From: Torpedo marmorata | Taxonomy: Eukaryota | Assembly (NCBI GenBank): GCA_977017645.1 | Contig: OZ360219.1 | Span: 254,200,001 to 254,264,000, forward strand | Reading direction: 5' to 3' | Length of the DNA stretch: 64,000 nucleotides | Shown here: positions 11,484 through 24,280 of the stretch, piece after piece | How positions within the stretch are numbered: the stretch's first letter is position 1 | Layout of the letters: each line of letters begins with the position of its first letter | Notes under the pieces: model-generated | The model's input: only the letters and a program-made list of their open reading frames with translations | Told to the model about the DNA's origin: nothing | Database searches by the model: none | Program-made: the position numbers and the translations under genes

Positions 11484-13151
11484 TATGACACTGGAGGTTA
11501 GGATTGAATCTAACTTGCTGGATCTAATAGCTATGTTACAGTATCAATCTATGCCATCATCAAATATATATATAAAAATAATGACCAGACTTAATAATAA
11601 CCAATATTGAATAAAGGTTGAATTCACCAAAGACAGAAAGACTGGTTGACTGGCTTCACAATAATTATTGTATAATAGTTTTAAAAAGCTTGGAAATATT
11701 TGATCTTTAACTTTCAATATTAAACTGACGTGCTTCTGACTTTGTGTCAGTATGTTGGATGCTGTTCAATGTCTGAAAGCAGACTGCAACTTCAAGAAAG
11801 AATGCCAATAGAAAGGAACAAGTTCTTGCAAGAGGTAAGAACACTCTTTTGTTACCTCGGTTTGAATTCAATCTAACATGTTAGAAAGAAAATCTCCTCT
11901 CTCCCTCGCTGTAGGGTCCCAAATTGAAATTTATCTGTGCTGCTTCCTCATTGGTGGAAGTCTAGCATACACAATAAATCATAATTTAATTTAATTTGTC
12001 AATTTCTGCAGGTGATGCCATAAGGGATGGGTGGATAGGTGGAAATGGCTTTCTTATTTAAGGTATATTGATAGAATGTAATGAGTAGAACATTTTTTAA
12101 ATGCAGTGGGAGTATAAACTTCTATTTACAGAATCAGAATTGGAACACACAGAGTATTTCAGCCCATCTATGAAGAAAGTATCTACACAAGATTCATTCT
12201 GTTACATGTTCTCCTTTGTTCTTCTTTCTTTTGCAAATACTTATCTTTTTTTTTTATTTTATATGGATTCAGAATAGAGTTAAAATCAACTAGTTTGGAT
12301 CTATATTAAATATACTTTAACATTTAAATACCTTGGAAATATAGTTAAAATTGACCAGTTTCGATCTAAATTAAATATACATTAACATTTAAATATCTTG
12401 AGTCCTCTTATTATGTGGTGTCCTCCAGTGAAAATAAGGTCATTCTGTAAAAGTTACAGTGCAGTGCAAAGCTTTGCATAAAGAGTGCTCACAGTGGGAA
12501 ATCAGATATGGAGTTTAATATGTCAATGCAATTCTTCTGGGGCCCATACGATTTCTATCCATTCACTTTCTAACCTATATGGAAAGGAAAGAGACCCAAA
12601 CAGAAAACAGTGCAGACTCTTAACTGTTAACCTCAGCTTCAGTTCCTGATGTGCTACTAGTAGTAGGATGAAGCTGTTACTCAAAGCATGTTTCTCATTG
12701 CATCACAGCTCAATGTGATTTGTTTCTCATTTCTGAAGCCTTTCCAATGCAATATCCTCCCTTTTCACATTCCTGTAAAAAAAAATCCTTTTCACCTCTT
12801 TGCCCTTTCATCTTTTCACTTTATTTTTCCAAGACTACTTGTTGGCAAAGCCACTAATATATATTGTTGTTTATGGACTTTTGCCTCATATAAAATACCA
12901 ACAGTCATTTTTAACGTCAGCTATTTGTCCATTTTGACAGCTTCCCATAGCTTTGCCATCAAATGCAATTACATTTCAACAAATAGTTCTTATGTTTATA
13001 CTTCTCTCTTCAGATGTTGCCCTATCTGCTTACTTAATTAGATTACATGAAAGATCCTGATGAAAGATCCTGGAATTTGTTCCTTCTTAGTCACTAACGT
13101 GCAGGTGAAAAACATTGTAATCAGGTGATTTATCTTATCAAGTTTGTATTA

Positions 13152-13818
13152 GTCATAGAGTCATGGAGCATGGACAGGCCCTTCGGCCCAAATCATCCAT
13201 GCACACCAAGTTGATATTCTGGGCTCACCCCATTTTACTGCATTAGGTCCATAGGCTTCTAAGCACTTCCTATCCATAGATCTGCCCAAATGTCTTTTGA
13301 ATGATGTAATTGTGTCTAGATTATTCCAGATGTGGATCAGCCTTTGAGTGAAAAAGTTGTCCCTCATGTTCCTCTTTAATCTCTCACCACTCACCTTAAA
13401 CTTGTGCCCTCTATTCTAGAAATTTCTACCCTAGAAAAAAGACTGTGAGCAGTTATTTTATCCATGCCTTTTATAATTTTACAAACCTCTATAAGGTCAC
13501 CCCTCAAAGTTTAGGAAATAAAGTCTATCCCAACTCTCCCTGTAACTCAAGTCCTGGCAACATCCTGGTGAATCTCTGCATATCTTCTAATTTATTCATG
13601 TACTTCCTAGAGCTGGGCGACCAGGATGGTACAAGGTGCTCCAAATTAGGTCTCACTAATGCCTTGTACAGCTATGTCATTATCTCCCAATTTTTGTACT
13701 CAGTACCCTTCGCAATGAGGCAAGTATGCCAAATGACTTCTTCACTACCCTGTCAACCTGAGTCACCACTTCCTTGGATTATGCACCTGTAACCATAGGT
13801 CCCTCTGTTCTCCAGCAC
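13152..13818 (-). mobile_element. CR1 LINE 3' fragment
   Basis: Minus-strand ORF MRDNFFTQRLIHIWN..SFKRHLGR; CR1 3' UTR motifs. Confidence 0.8.
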
Positions 13819-14484
13819 TTTTTACTTTAATAAGTTAAACATTAGAACAATTGAATGACGGTAGCCCATGCAACTTATTCCAGTAGAATGTTACCTCTTC
13901 TGCCTTTCTAATATAGTTATAACATCTACTTGATTTAGATTTGACTATTGTAAATACCGAGAAGCGACATTCAAAGATACACAGATCCAGTGAGGGGTCT
14001 AAACCTACAACCTTCTGAAACACAAATTGATGTTCAGGGCTGTTCTGTTCACACTTCCAGTGGATCCCTGGTAAATTTCACCAATACTGAGTATGTATTT
14101 ACCTGTAAGTCTTCAGTAGGCAAAATTGTTATATCACATTGAATTAGTTGGAACAACCTTATTGATTTATTGGTAGATTTTCTGGATGTTCCCATAATGT
14201 ATGAAGTAATTAATCTTACTGATCCGTTCCTATTCTGTTAAATGTTCCTTTTAATTTTTCACAACCGCTTCTTCAATTACTAAATTTATTTTGCCTTAAG
14301 TTTCGTCAACATATCCAATTGGCAACTTTTCTGCCAATTTTGTGGACATTGAGGAATTAATAGATATTGCATTACAACCAGAACTTATTCCATCTCCTAT
14401 GCCTTTCACCACAGGTATGAAATGCCATTGTTTTAAAGGGTGACAGATCCATCTCTCTCCTGTAGGGCCATCCTTTTCTAGAAC

Positions 14485-15033
14485 ATGCTTTATAAGGCAC
14501 TGGTGAGGCCCCTACTTGGAGTATGGGGTACAGTTTTGGGCTCCTTATTTAAGAAAGGATGGGGAGGATTCAGAGAAAATTTACAAGATTGATTCCTGGA
14601 ATGAAAGGATTAGCATATGAGGAATGCTTGACGCTCTTGGAATGCTTGACGCTCTTGGACTGTACTCCTTGGAGTTCAGAAGAATCTCAGAAGCATTTTG
14701 AATCTCTTAGAAGCATTTTGAACATTGAAAGGCAAAGATAGAGTAGATGTGGCAAAGTTGTTTCCCATGGTAGGGGAGTCAAGGATAAGGGGGCACAACT
14801 TCAGGATTGAAGGGGTGCCCATTAAGAAGAGAGATGCGAAGGAATTCCTTTAGCCAGGTAGTGCGGTGTATTTAAGGCAGAGATTGATAGGTATCTGAAG
14901 AGTTAGGGTATTAAAGATTATGGGGAGAAGCCAGGGGAGTGGGAGAATGGATCAGCTCATGATGGAATGGCGAAGCGGACTCGACGGGCCAAATGGCCTA
15001 CTTCTGCTCCTATATCTTAGAGTTTTATGGTCT
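14485..15033 (+). mobile_element. CR1 LINE 3' fragment with two internal tandem duplications
   Basis: IQRKFTRLIPGMKGLAYEE; tail GGCCTACTTCTGCTCCTATATCTT; 18-20 bp duplications at 14621-14722. Confidence 0.8.
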
Positions 15034-15752
15034 AACATGGTGCAAAAAACCCTACAAAGTTCACGTAAAATTTGCAAAATGAAAATAAATGCATGACGAC
15101 AGAATTGAAAATATATCTGAAGATTTTGCAGAATATTTCTGAGAAAACTCTATGTATTTAATTTCAATTACACTTGAAAAAACTATTTTTAAACTTCTCT
15201 GGTTACCAAATTCCTTTGTAATTAAATTCAGTTACAGTAATTAATGCAATGTATAATGAATGGTTCAAGCATTGTCACGAGTCCCGTCCCTGCTGACTGC
15301 TTAACAGAACAGATAGTGTACACCGTTTTATCTTGGAAGGAAGTTGCAGCAAGTTGACCACTGAGCATGGATAGATTCCAGGAACATTCCCACATGTATA
15401 ATCTAAACAGAAACTTCAGTCTGCTTATATCCCTATGCTCAGCCATGGCATAGGACAGAAAAAAAGGTACAGAATGTCAAGGATCATGGAATGATCACAA
15501 ATCAGTTAGAAATCTTGCTCCAGACAGACATGGTCATTAAAATATGATGCAGTATCCTCTTTAGAATGCATTGCTGATGGCAATGCAAATTCATATATAA
15601 TTTTGAAAGAATAAACTTGAATATCCTCATATGCTTGATGACATGTCATTAGGAGAATGGCAGACTATTTTTTATGTTTCTTTTAAATTGCTTTGGCACT
15701 AGTCGAATAATGTAAAAAGTTAAAACAAATTAATCTCTCTGATTGTACTTAC

Positions 15753-15832
15753 TGGCATCGTCTGGCTACCGTGTAAGGCGTTGATGGCTGCCTGGGCTTC
15801 TGCGTGCGTGGAAAATTTCACAAATGCACATC
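15753..15832 (-). CDS. CELF4: CELF4 coding exon (second part of RRM2), 80 bp
   Basis: Minus strand: polypyrimidine tract then CAG|GA TGT GCA TTT...ATG CCA|GTAAGT. Encodes (G)[26 protein letters not shown]. Phase is compatible with the exon at 24281-24409. Confidence 0.92.
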
Positions 15833-15958
15833 CTGTTGGGGGGAAAAGAAAGGACAGGCTGCTGAACTGAGGAGACTGTAGCTCTTTGGGATAGACTGGA
15901 GCCCCTTAATTTAACAAAAGCATTGCTGTTGAAATCATGGTGGATAAACAGGATTTTT

Positions 15959-16088
15959 NNNNNNNNNNNNNNNNNNNNNNNNNNNNNNNNNNNNNNNNNN
16001 NNNNNNNNNNNNNNNNNNNNNNNNNNNNNNNNNNNNNNNNNNNNNNNNNNNNNNNNNNNNNNNNNNNNNNNNNNNNNNNNNNNNNNNN
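15959..16088. other. Assembly gap (130 N)
   Basis: Run of N; the right flank is a Penelope terminal fragment. Confidence 1.
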
Positions 16089-18701
16089 AACAGAAAATGC
16101 TGAAAAAATTCAGCAGGTCAGGAGCTTGTGACGAAACAATCTACTGTTTATGTCTGCGATCCTTCATCACAACACGGTTCTCTGAGAGAGAGTCTTTGTA
16201 GTAACTAAGGATAGCCTGAGATTAATTTCTAATCCTTGGTATGACACTTGAAGAGATAAAAATTGCAGCTAAAAACATCTACTTCAATTAAGATTTCTCT
16301 CCATTCAGCATTTCATTTTAAATTAGGATAATTATATGATGTCAGTGAACATTAAATTGTCCAAGAAATTTTAATGCTATTTATTTGATTGCTAAGCGAC
16401 TCAAAGTATACCTACAAAGGGGTGATAACATATTTCTACAATGTTTTCCACTGGCTACTTCTCATTGCGGGGTATGCTTGTGCATCTGATGTGATTTTTT
16501 TTGACAGATCTATGTTATACCCTATGCAATGTTCCTTTCAGAGCATCGTTGAGGAAACTATATCCCATTGTCCCAAGAGGGATCATCCTTACTTTTTTTC
16601 TCTCTGTGTCAACTAGTTTTTGCATAGTGTAGCATTAGACTGGGACAATGGCCCCTTTTTACATATTAACCTTAACGGTCCCCTCATCTTGAACTTCACT
16701 CCATCCACTGATTTCCCAACCTCCTTGATTGGCTCCACTCCCCAAATCCCTGTCCATTGATCTCTCACTAACTCTCTGATGGACTCCTGACCCTGCAATC
16801 CTCAATGAACCCATCTTGGAAGCTGTGACCTCACTATCCCCCTCCAGAACCATGATCCAACCAATCCATTCACCCCACTATACGCACTTATCCAATCGCA
16901 GATCATCACCCACCCTGCCCCCAATCTCTTATCTGATTAATGCTCAATGTGCTCCACACCACCTGGCCACTTATCGGATTACCAAATCAGCCTCAGCCCG
17001 ATCGGACCTTTCTCTACCACTCCTCAACACCCAGACAAGCAGCAGTCCCTGGCGGCTCTCTACTACCTGTTCAGAGAGCCCTGACCTCGCTACTGAAGTT
17101 TGCAGCAATGGGCCAATGATCGAAACGGTTGTTGGTACAAAACTCCCATGATCCTCCAGCACAGCTATTAGAGCACAGCAGAATTACTAAACCATTGTTT
17201 CAGTAATCTTTAGCTGGTAGTTTGTTGGGAATGAGAGTTGCACTGTCAATCAAACCAGACGATTTCTAATGAGCCAGTCTCATAATAATCACCAATGTAA
17301 CGATGGAAAGTACACTGAATACATTTTTGTAATCATATCCTGTTGCTATCATTGAAATATCCAAATAAATAAATATGGTTTCAAGAAAAGAATCCGATGA
17401 ATGATCACAATCGCTAACTGTATTTGCAGAGTTAGTAATTATTCTGGCATTTAATTGTATAATCTAGGGTTTTTGACCAACCTTACCCTTCACAGCACAA
17501 GAGGGTGAGTGACAGTTCTGAGTTGCAGCTGTGTGAAGTTTGTCCATTAAATTTGTTTGGTTTCGAAGCATTGCCTTTCGTGCCTGCAGGCAGTCGACCA
17601 GTAGGGTTAGTTGTGCTGTGCAGGCTATGTGAATGAAGTCATGGTGAATGATAGCGAGGATAATGGTGAGTGATGGGGGCAGACAATTAATACTGATTAC
17701 ATGTGAGAAGACGAATGAGGAGAGGATTGGGTTGATGTGAATTCCTCCTGATCTGAATAGATTGCAGGTACCAGCCATCTTGTTTCAAACATTATCTTAA
17801 AAAAGGTGTTTTTAAGAGTCGGGAAGAAAATAAAACTCCCGATGGAAGCTTTGTTGAAAAAACTGGGTTTGTAAGGATGATTACATGCACATAATGCTTT
17901 TGATAGTTCTTAATTACAGCTTTTGTCCTACATAAGAAAACTGTCTCTTTAAATTGGCAACCTTAAAAAAATAGTTCCTACAGAACAGCCTCTAAATCTG
18001 GCCTTACCTTAGTCATTAGTATATCTTCTGACAGTTTATATTGAGGTGTCAGATCCACTTCACTTTCTGCACAGTGAATATGTCATTTCAAAGATCCATC
18101 AAAATGACTAATAAGGTCTTCAATTATCCTAACCCCTTCACATTAGGTATTTAAAGCAACTCATTACTACATCAAGCTCCATTAACGTCCCTGAGTCTTT
18201 TGTAACGCCATCAAGATATTTTTGCACAGTCAATTGGAAACACAGAAGAAACATTAACCAAACAGTATACAGTATGGTCAGTAGTCTCACTAATCTTTGT
18301 AAATGTCATTTTAAATTAACGTGCATCAGAGGAGTTGTGCAGGTTGCAACTAGTCTTTTTAGAATTCTGATAATTTTACTTTCAGGTGATGGACTTCTTG
18401 TGCCTCGTCCATTAATAGTAAGCGTAGAATGATAAGTAGCTAATGTATCTGATATTCAGTGAAAGGCTTGATCTATATTAAACCAGGCAATAGGTTGAGT
18501 GGTAGTTGCATAATGTTAACTGACCCTTTGAGAATGCATTGCTGTGTCCAATTTAAAATGTTCAATAGCATTTTGTGACTTTCTACAATTCTTTGCATCA
18601 AAGCTAGTTCTCGCAATGTCTTTCCCTCATCCCTGTCCACCCCTATCTCCCAGACCTTCAACTGCTCTGCCTCTCTTCCCCAGCCATGTACAAGGCATCC
18701 T

Positions 18702-19157
18702 CTTCTCCGTGGATTGTCACCTTGTCGTGGTGGAGAAGCTTGTGTGGTCCTGAGATCCCGAGAGCGATGCCGCCTGGAGCTATGCTCCTGGTAGGGCCAC
18801 CCATGGCGGTAAGGTCGAGGATGAGGTCCCTGACAAAAAACAATCCAACCAAGACCTCAACGGTGGAACAGGCAGATGAAGTTACTTCGAACTCAATGGC
18901 TGTGAAGGCGGATGAAGGCTGCAACAAATCCATCAGCTCCAATCGTCGTGGATTTCATGCCATTGGAATTAGTTGGTTGATTTGTGAAGTATCGTGTGCT
19001 TCTTGGAGTGCAACATTAAGTACATGTTAAACAAATACACGCACAGGCGCCTTCGCTCGGTGGGCCACTTTCCAAGATTGGACTCATAAGCCACTTGAGA
19101 GCCCACAGGAACGAAGACCATCATCCTCGACCTCGAGGGATAGCCTCGATGATGACG
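18702..19157 (+). mobile_element. Non-autonomous bipartite RTE-derived retroposon with 12-bp TSD
   Basis: TSD ACAAGGCATCCT at 18690-18701 and 19158-19169. The 5' part resembles RTE-clade (Expander/Rex3, BovB) 5' UTRs. The 3' part encodes SKIGLISHLRAH, then a hairpin and a GAT-repeat tail. Confidence 0.8.
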
Positions 19158-20139
19158 ACAAGGCATCCTGTGCCTTGTTATATTTTCTAGCCCAACATGG
19201 TTAGCTTACGTGTTTGAACTGGTACTGATCACGGAAATAATAGTCAATGGGTTAATTTCAACAATCATTCTCAAAGTCAACTGGTATCAATAAATATGGT
19301 GAACCTGGGAACCAGGCAAGGGTTAAGAAGGCTGAGTTTGGGAGGATTCATTGATGCAGGATGTATTTTAATTAACTGATTTAGGAAATCAGTTGGAAGC
19401 ACCAAGATCTTTCATTTTCCTGTGTAAGAATTGAGCCTTACTTTTCAAAAAGAAAATGACTTTTTAGCTCAGGCATACTTCTGTGGATGAATGGGGAAAG
19501 TCTTGCTATAGCAACTGGGATACGCTGGTTAATGGATGAAGTGGAAAAACATTGTTCAAATGGTCATCAAAGTAGGTCAGTCTGATCATTTTGTGAACGA
19601 TGCTGGAGATTGTGGCATTTCCTTAGGAATCAGAAAGGATATCCTTCCTGCACAGAAGTCTTAATCATGGGTTATGGGCTATTGCTGGACCACCAGTTCC
19701 TTTGGAAAACTGGCCTTTGGTTGTTTCAGCCTGTTCCGCTTGCTGAATACTGTCTGGCCAGAGGCTTGATGAATGCTTTCCATGATGCCACAGCAGCTCT
19801 AATTCCACGTAGATCAGAGAGGTCAATATACTTAATTAGTGGTGCTCAGCACTACAGGAGAATGATGCTGATTTTTGATTAGAGAAAGTTCATCAGAGAA
19901 CAAAGACAAGTAAATATAACCATCCTCCACAAACCTTATGGTGTCTTGCAGACATATCATCTAATCCTGCAGAGGGAAGTAAATCTTGCCTTAGGGAAGT
20001 TATTGGGAAACCAAATTACCAAGCAATTCACTTCCTTGTCTTTGCATTGAAACTAACAGGAGCACTGGATCATTTATTAAGACCTTTAGCATATATCCTC
20101 CACAAAAAAAAACACTACAGTGTGTAGAGTGTACAAAAG

Positions 20140-20740
20140 GTTCCCTGCCCTGTCAGTGAAGAAGTCCTTTCTCTTTTTGTTCCTAAGTGGCAGACCCATT
20201 ATTTTGAAATGATGAACCAAGGACCTTTACTTCTTGGCCATATGAAACATCCCTGCATCCAACTTGTTAAAGCTCTTGAGAATTTTTGCACATTTCAAAG
20301 AGGTAACTATTCATCAAACCGCAATAAAAAATCTCAGAGTACAGATCAGTTTGTCTAGCCTCTTCTCATTGGAGAAACAAACCCTCATCCCAGAAACCAA
20401 CCCAGTGAACTCACTCTATTGCTGATATTTCCGTTGTTAGGTAGGAAAGCAAAACCTTTACACAATATTCCAGGTGCCCCCTCACCACCATCCTATATTA
20501 ATGCAATGACACATCTTTATTCCTCTGCTCAAACCCTCTTGCAATGAAGGACAAGATATAATTTGCCTTCCTAATTGCACACTGCATTTGCACCTTAACT
20601 TTCAGCGATTCATGTGTTAGGGCACCTCGGTCCCTCTGAACATCAACAGCTTTCAATCTTTGACCATTTCACAAAAACTCTGCTTTTTTGGTATCAGAGT
20701 GAACATCTCACCTATTCCACATTATATTCCATACGCCCAC
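20140..20740 (-). mobile_element. Old CR1 fragment
   Basis: Degenerate reverse complement of CR1 RT C-terminus (ACACAATATTCCAGGTG, CTTGCAATGAAGG, CCACATTATATTCCAT). Confidence 0.6.
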
Positions 20741-21289
20741 AGTAATAGTGCCCTGTGATATTTCTTATAAATTATAAAATTTGTCCATTGTTAACTATTG
20801 CTGATTTAATGCCTGGTTCACTTCCCTTTTCTTTTCCTAATGTTTCAAGTAAGTCATGAATAAGAAATTACTATGTTCACAATAATAACTGGAAGCTACA
20901 ACCTTTGAGCAAAATGCTGCAGAGGTAACCTGTCACCAGAGCACCAAAACGAACCTAACACCAATCTAAAGGTGAAGTTTATTTTCTGAAATTTTATTAG
21001 ATAATGGTGGACTATCTTTCACAAAGAGTGTGAGATCATGCACTGCCAGATTCAACAAGTTTCTTTCCTGCTACTATCAGGTTACTGAACAAACCTCATG
21101 TTGCCTTTACTCTGATTGAACTAATCTCTCACTCTCTGTGCTGTGTTTAATTCTATCATCCTTACATATGGATAGACTTGCTGGATAGCATGTAAAGCAA
21201 ACTGCTTTACTGTACCTTGGCACATGTAACAAAAATAATATACTAAACCATTGTACAAATTTGTTGATAAATATTTTTGCCCTCAGAGT

Positions 21290-21620
21290 TATAAAGTATG
21301 GAAACAAGTGCTTCAGCCTACCAAATCTACACTGACCATCAAGTATTTATTTACTCCAATTCTACCCTAAACCCATTTTATTCTTCCTATATTCTCCTCA
21401 ACTCTTGCCCCCCTTCCCCTTACAGACTAGGGGCAATTTACAGTGTCAAATTCACCTACAAACCCACACGTATTTGGGGTTTTGGAGGAAACTGCAGCTC
21501 CTGGAGGAAACCCACACAGTCACAGGGAGAATGTGTAGGTCCACACAGACAGTCCTGGAGGTCAGGATTGAACCTGGATGACTGGAACTGTGAGATGGCA
21601 GCTCGACCAGCCATGTCACT
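21290..21620 (-). mobile_element. V-SINE (HE1-like)
   Basis: GGAGGAAACTGCAGCTCCTGGAGGAAACCCACACAGTCACAGGGAGAA...GGATTGAACCTGG is the reverse complement of the V domain and B box. Confidence 0.75.
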
Positions 21621-21779
21621 GTGCACACCCCCCCCCACCCCCCACCAACTTGTTGACCTCAAGTTCTGACCGAACTATTACAATTCCCTGAGGGAACTGA
21701 TTCATTCAGAAAGCTTGCAACTCAAGTACGTTGCACAAAAGTTCAATGATTGGTTGCAATGTGACACTAGATTCACATT

Positions 21780-22620
21780 TCAACTTGGGAATATATAAAA
21801 AAAGATTAAAAAATCATTTATATTGTGCAAAAGATAGAATTTGCTAATCGAGAATTCCATTTGTTTTGTTATCCACCTTACACTTCTCCATGAATGTGGC
21901 AAGTAATGTGTTCCAACATTCCCATAACAACTTCTAACTCACTCGGTCATCTGTTTCAGGGATTTATTGATTCCAGGTTAATAGCCTACCTATAACTTCC
22001 TTTGCTATATGTTAAATGTTCATAAAAATGTGGTATTGGACGGTATTTTGATAATTCTGTTCCTGGTACAAAGAAACCTCAGAGAAACAGCTAATTGGCA
22101 CATTTCAGCTCCATAAGGGTCCCTCAGGGGATTAATTTCCTGTCTCACTACACTCTTGCTGTTAAATGATTGTACGTTTTTTGGTGTTATGTTTTACATT
22201 TGAAGCTGTGTTGCTTTCCAACTCTGTCTTGGCATCCTTAGCTTTTACTGATCAGATTTTGCATGATCTTGTTTTGTGCTCTGTGGTCGTATTCCTCTTT
22301 TTCTTCCTTCCAAGTAAGGCAGTCTTTTTGAATCTCTCCCTTAATTTTCTTATTAATCTTCAGAAGATTATTTTTATTTTACTTGATACTTTACTGAAAG
22401 GTATGCATTTATCCTGCAAGCTCTGCATTGCATCATTTGAAAGACGTCTTTTCCATCCCGAACAGATGCATTTTTGAATGCTTTCCACCTCCCTTTGTAT
22501 GTTCTCGGTATTGGTAACTAATCTTGCAAATATACCCATGAAACCTGGCTGAACTAAGTTGTTCACTGGGGTTAATTTATGTGGCCACATGATTTTTCAG
22601 TGTGGATTGTGCCGTGGTCA
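21780..22620 (-). mobile_element. Ancient CR1 ORF2 relic (EN-RT linker region)
   Basis: Broken minus-strand frames give LQDKCIP and a lysine-rich segment with EEY and KAK motifs, resembling the CR1 linker. Confidence 0.45.
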
Positions 22621-23067
22621 TTGGTCCATTGTTCTGCCATTTCTTTAATCATTTCTTATCACTCATGAGTCTACAAGCAAGCTAATTTTTCCATGGGTCT
22701 CATAAACCCTGAGGTAGACTTTCAACTTGGCCGACAGGCGTATACGGGCATTGTAGAAAGAAGAAGATAGTTTATAGAATGGTGGCAAATGTTAAACATC
22801 AATTTTGTGCCCTTGAGTTGAAAATTCACCTTGCCCTATCAAGTGGTGAATGAAGTTGATGAATTTCCACTCATTTACTCTAGTCGCTGAACACATTCAC
22901 TGCTTTAATTTACTCAGTATTCAAACATCATTAATAAAGCCCAATTCATTCTATTTAATTTGATCATTAACTAAAAAAAAAAGCATCTCAAATTGGTGTC
23001 TCAGAGCTGGGACTACCAGCTGCCATTTGTACTTTGCCTTGAATTTAGTCTGTGTATGCAAAAGCAG

Positions 23068-23370
23068 TGTGGTAGTGCAGCAATGAGCAGTGCGGCCTCA
23101 CATCTCCTGGGTTTGATCCTCATCTTGGGTGCTGTCTATGCAGAGTTTGTTCACTCCATGCATAACCACATTCCACTGTATGCCTCAGTTTCTACAACAT
23201 CCCAGAGACATGCTGGTAGGTTATTTGGCAACTGTAAATTACCCCTGAGTGTAAGTAGATGGCAAAAAAAAAAGAAGTGGTGTTAGTGGGTATGTGTGAG
23301 AGAGAATAAGCTGCAGGGGTTCAGGGAAATAAGGAGAGGAGAATACAACTCAGGGTTACACCCCCAGGAA
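23068..23370 (+). mobile_element. V-SINE (HE1-like), degenerate
   Basis: GGTAGTGCAGC..GGGTTTGATCC..GCTGTCTATGCAGAGTTTG..ACATCCCAGAGACATGC..CTGTAAATTACCCCT. Confidence 0.65.
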
Positions 23371-23627
23371 TTGGTGTGTTGTTACAATAATCTGCATATC
23401 AACTGCAGGTCAGTTTCTCCAGCACATCTTCATATGTTCTTGTTTACCTCCTCTTGTTACCCTATCTTACTTGCATTTTATATAACGAGCTGACTGCCAT
23501 CCATCTGATAGAGTGAAAGAATGAGCAATGAGATATCCAGAGGAAAAGGTGCACATTTAATGAGGTGATCACTCTTTGTTTAATCAGGTTTAGAAGAAGG
23601 CAAGGTGCACAAATAAAACATTTATTC

Positions 23628-23814
23628 AGTTCACAAAAGTGCTGGAGAAACTCAGCAGGTCATGCAGCATCCATGGAAAACATAAAGGCAGTCGACAGTT
23701 CGGGCCTGAGCCCTTCTTCAGGATGCTTTCTATGGATGTTGCATGAACTGCTGAGTTTCCAGCTCTTTTGTGTACTGGCATAGACCCCAGCATCTACAGA
23801 TTTCTTGTTTACCT
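23628..23814. mobile_element. 187-bp fold-back Penelope terminal element with 14-bp TSD
   Basis: TSD TAAAACATTTATTC at 23614-23627 and 23815-23828. Inverted arms GCTGGAGAAACTCAGCAGGTCATGCAGCATCCAT and ATGGATGTTGCATGAACTGCTGAGTTTCCAGC. Confidence 0.8.
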
Positions 23815-24280
23815 TAAAACATTTATTCCTTTCTTTATTTCCAGATCTATTCTTGTGCTAAGATTTATTTGTAAATAAATGGACTTTAGTCAGTGTGGAG
23901 TTCCAAATCTGCCACAGAACCCTACAATTGTCCCAATCGGATGTCTAAACAGCTGGCTGAGGCAGATTGAAAGATTATACAGCAAAGTGTTTGCTCCTTC
24001 ACAATTTGAGAACTGATTGTAACTCTTTCATTAATTAATATTAATACCAAAGGTTACATTCTTTCTGGGTGACAGTATAAAAATAAGCAAAAAGAATCCT
24101 GTCACAGATAAAGATATTCTGAAACAAGAAAAGGACTAACTTGTTTAAATATTGTGTCTTCAAGTAACCGATCACAGTCTGAGGCCCAATTCAATCCCAT
24201 TTCATAGCTGTAAGTTATGTGGAAGCTATTAAATTGCTAGAAGACTTTTTTTTTCTGGCACTGAAGCATGCCCATCTTAC

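Noticed and set aside
15923-16201. ORFs spanning the N run
   Set aside because: Artefacts of the assembly gap.
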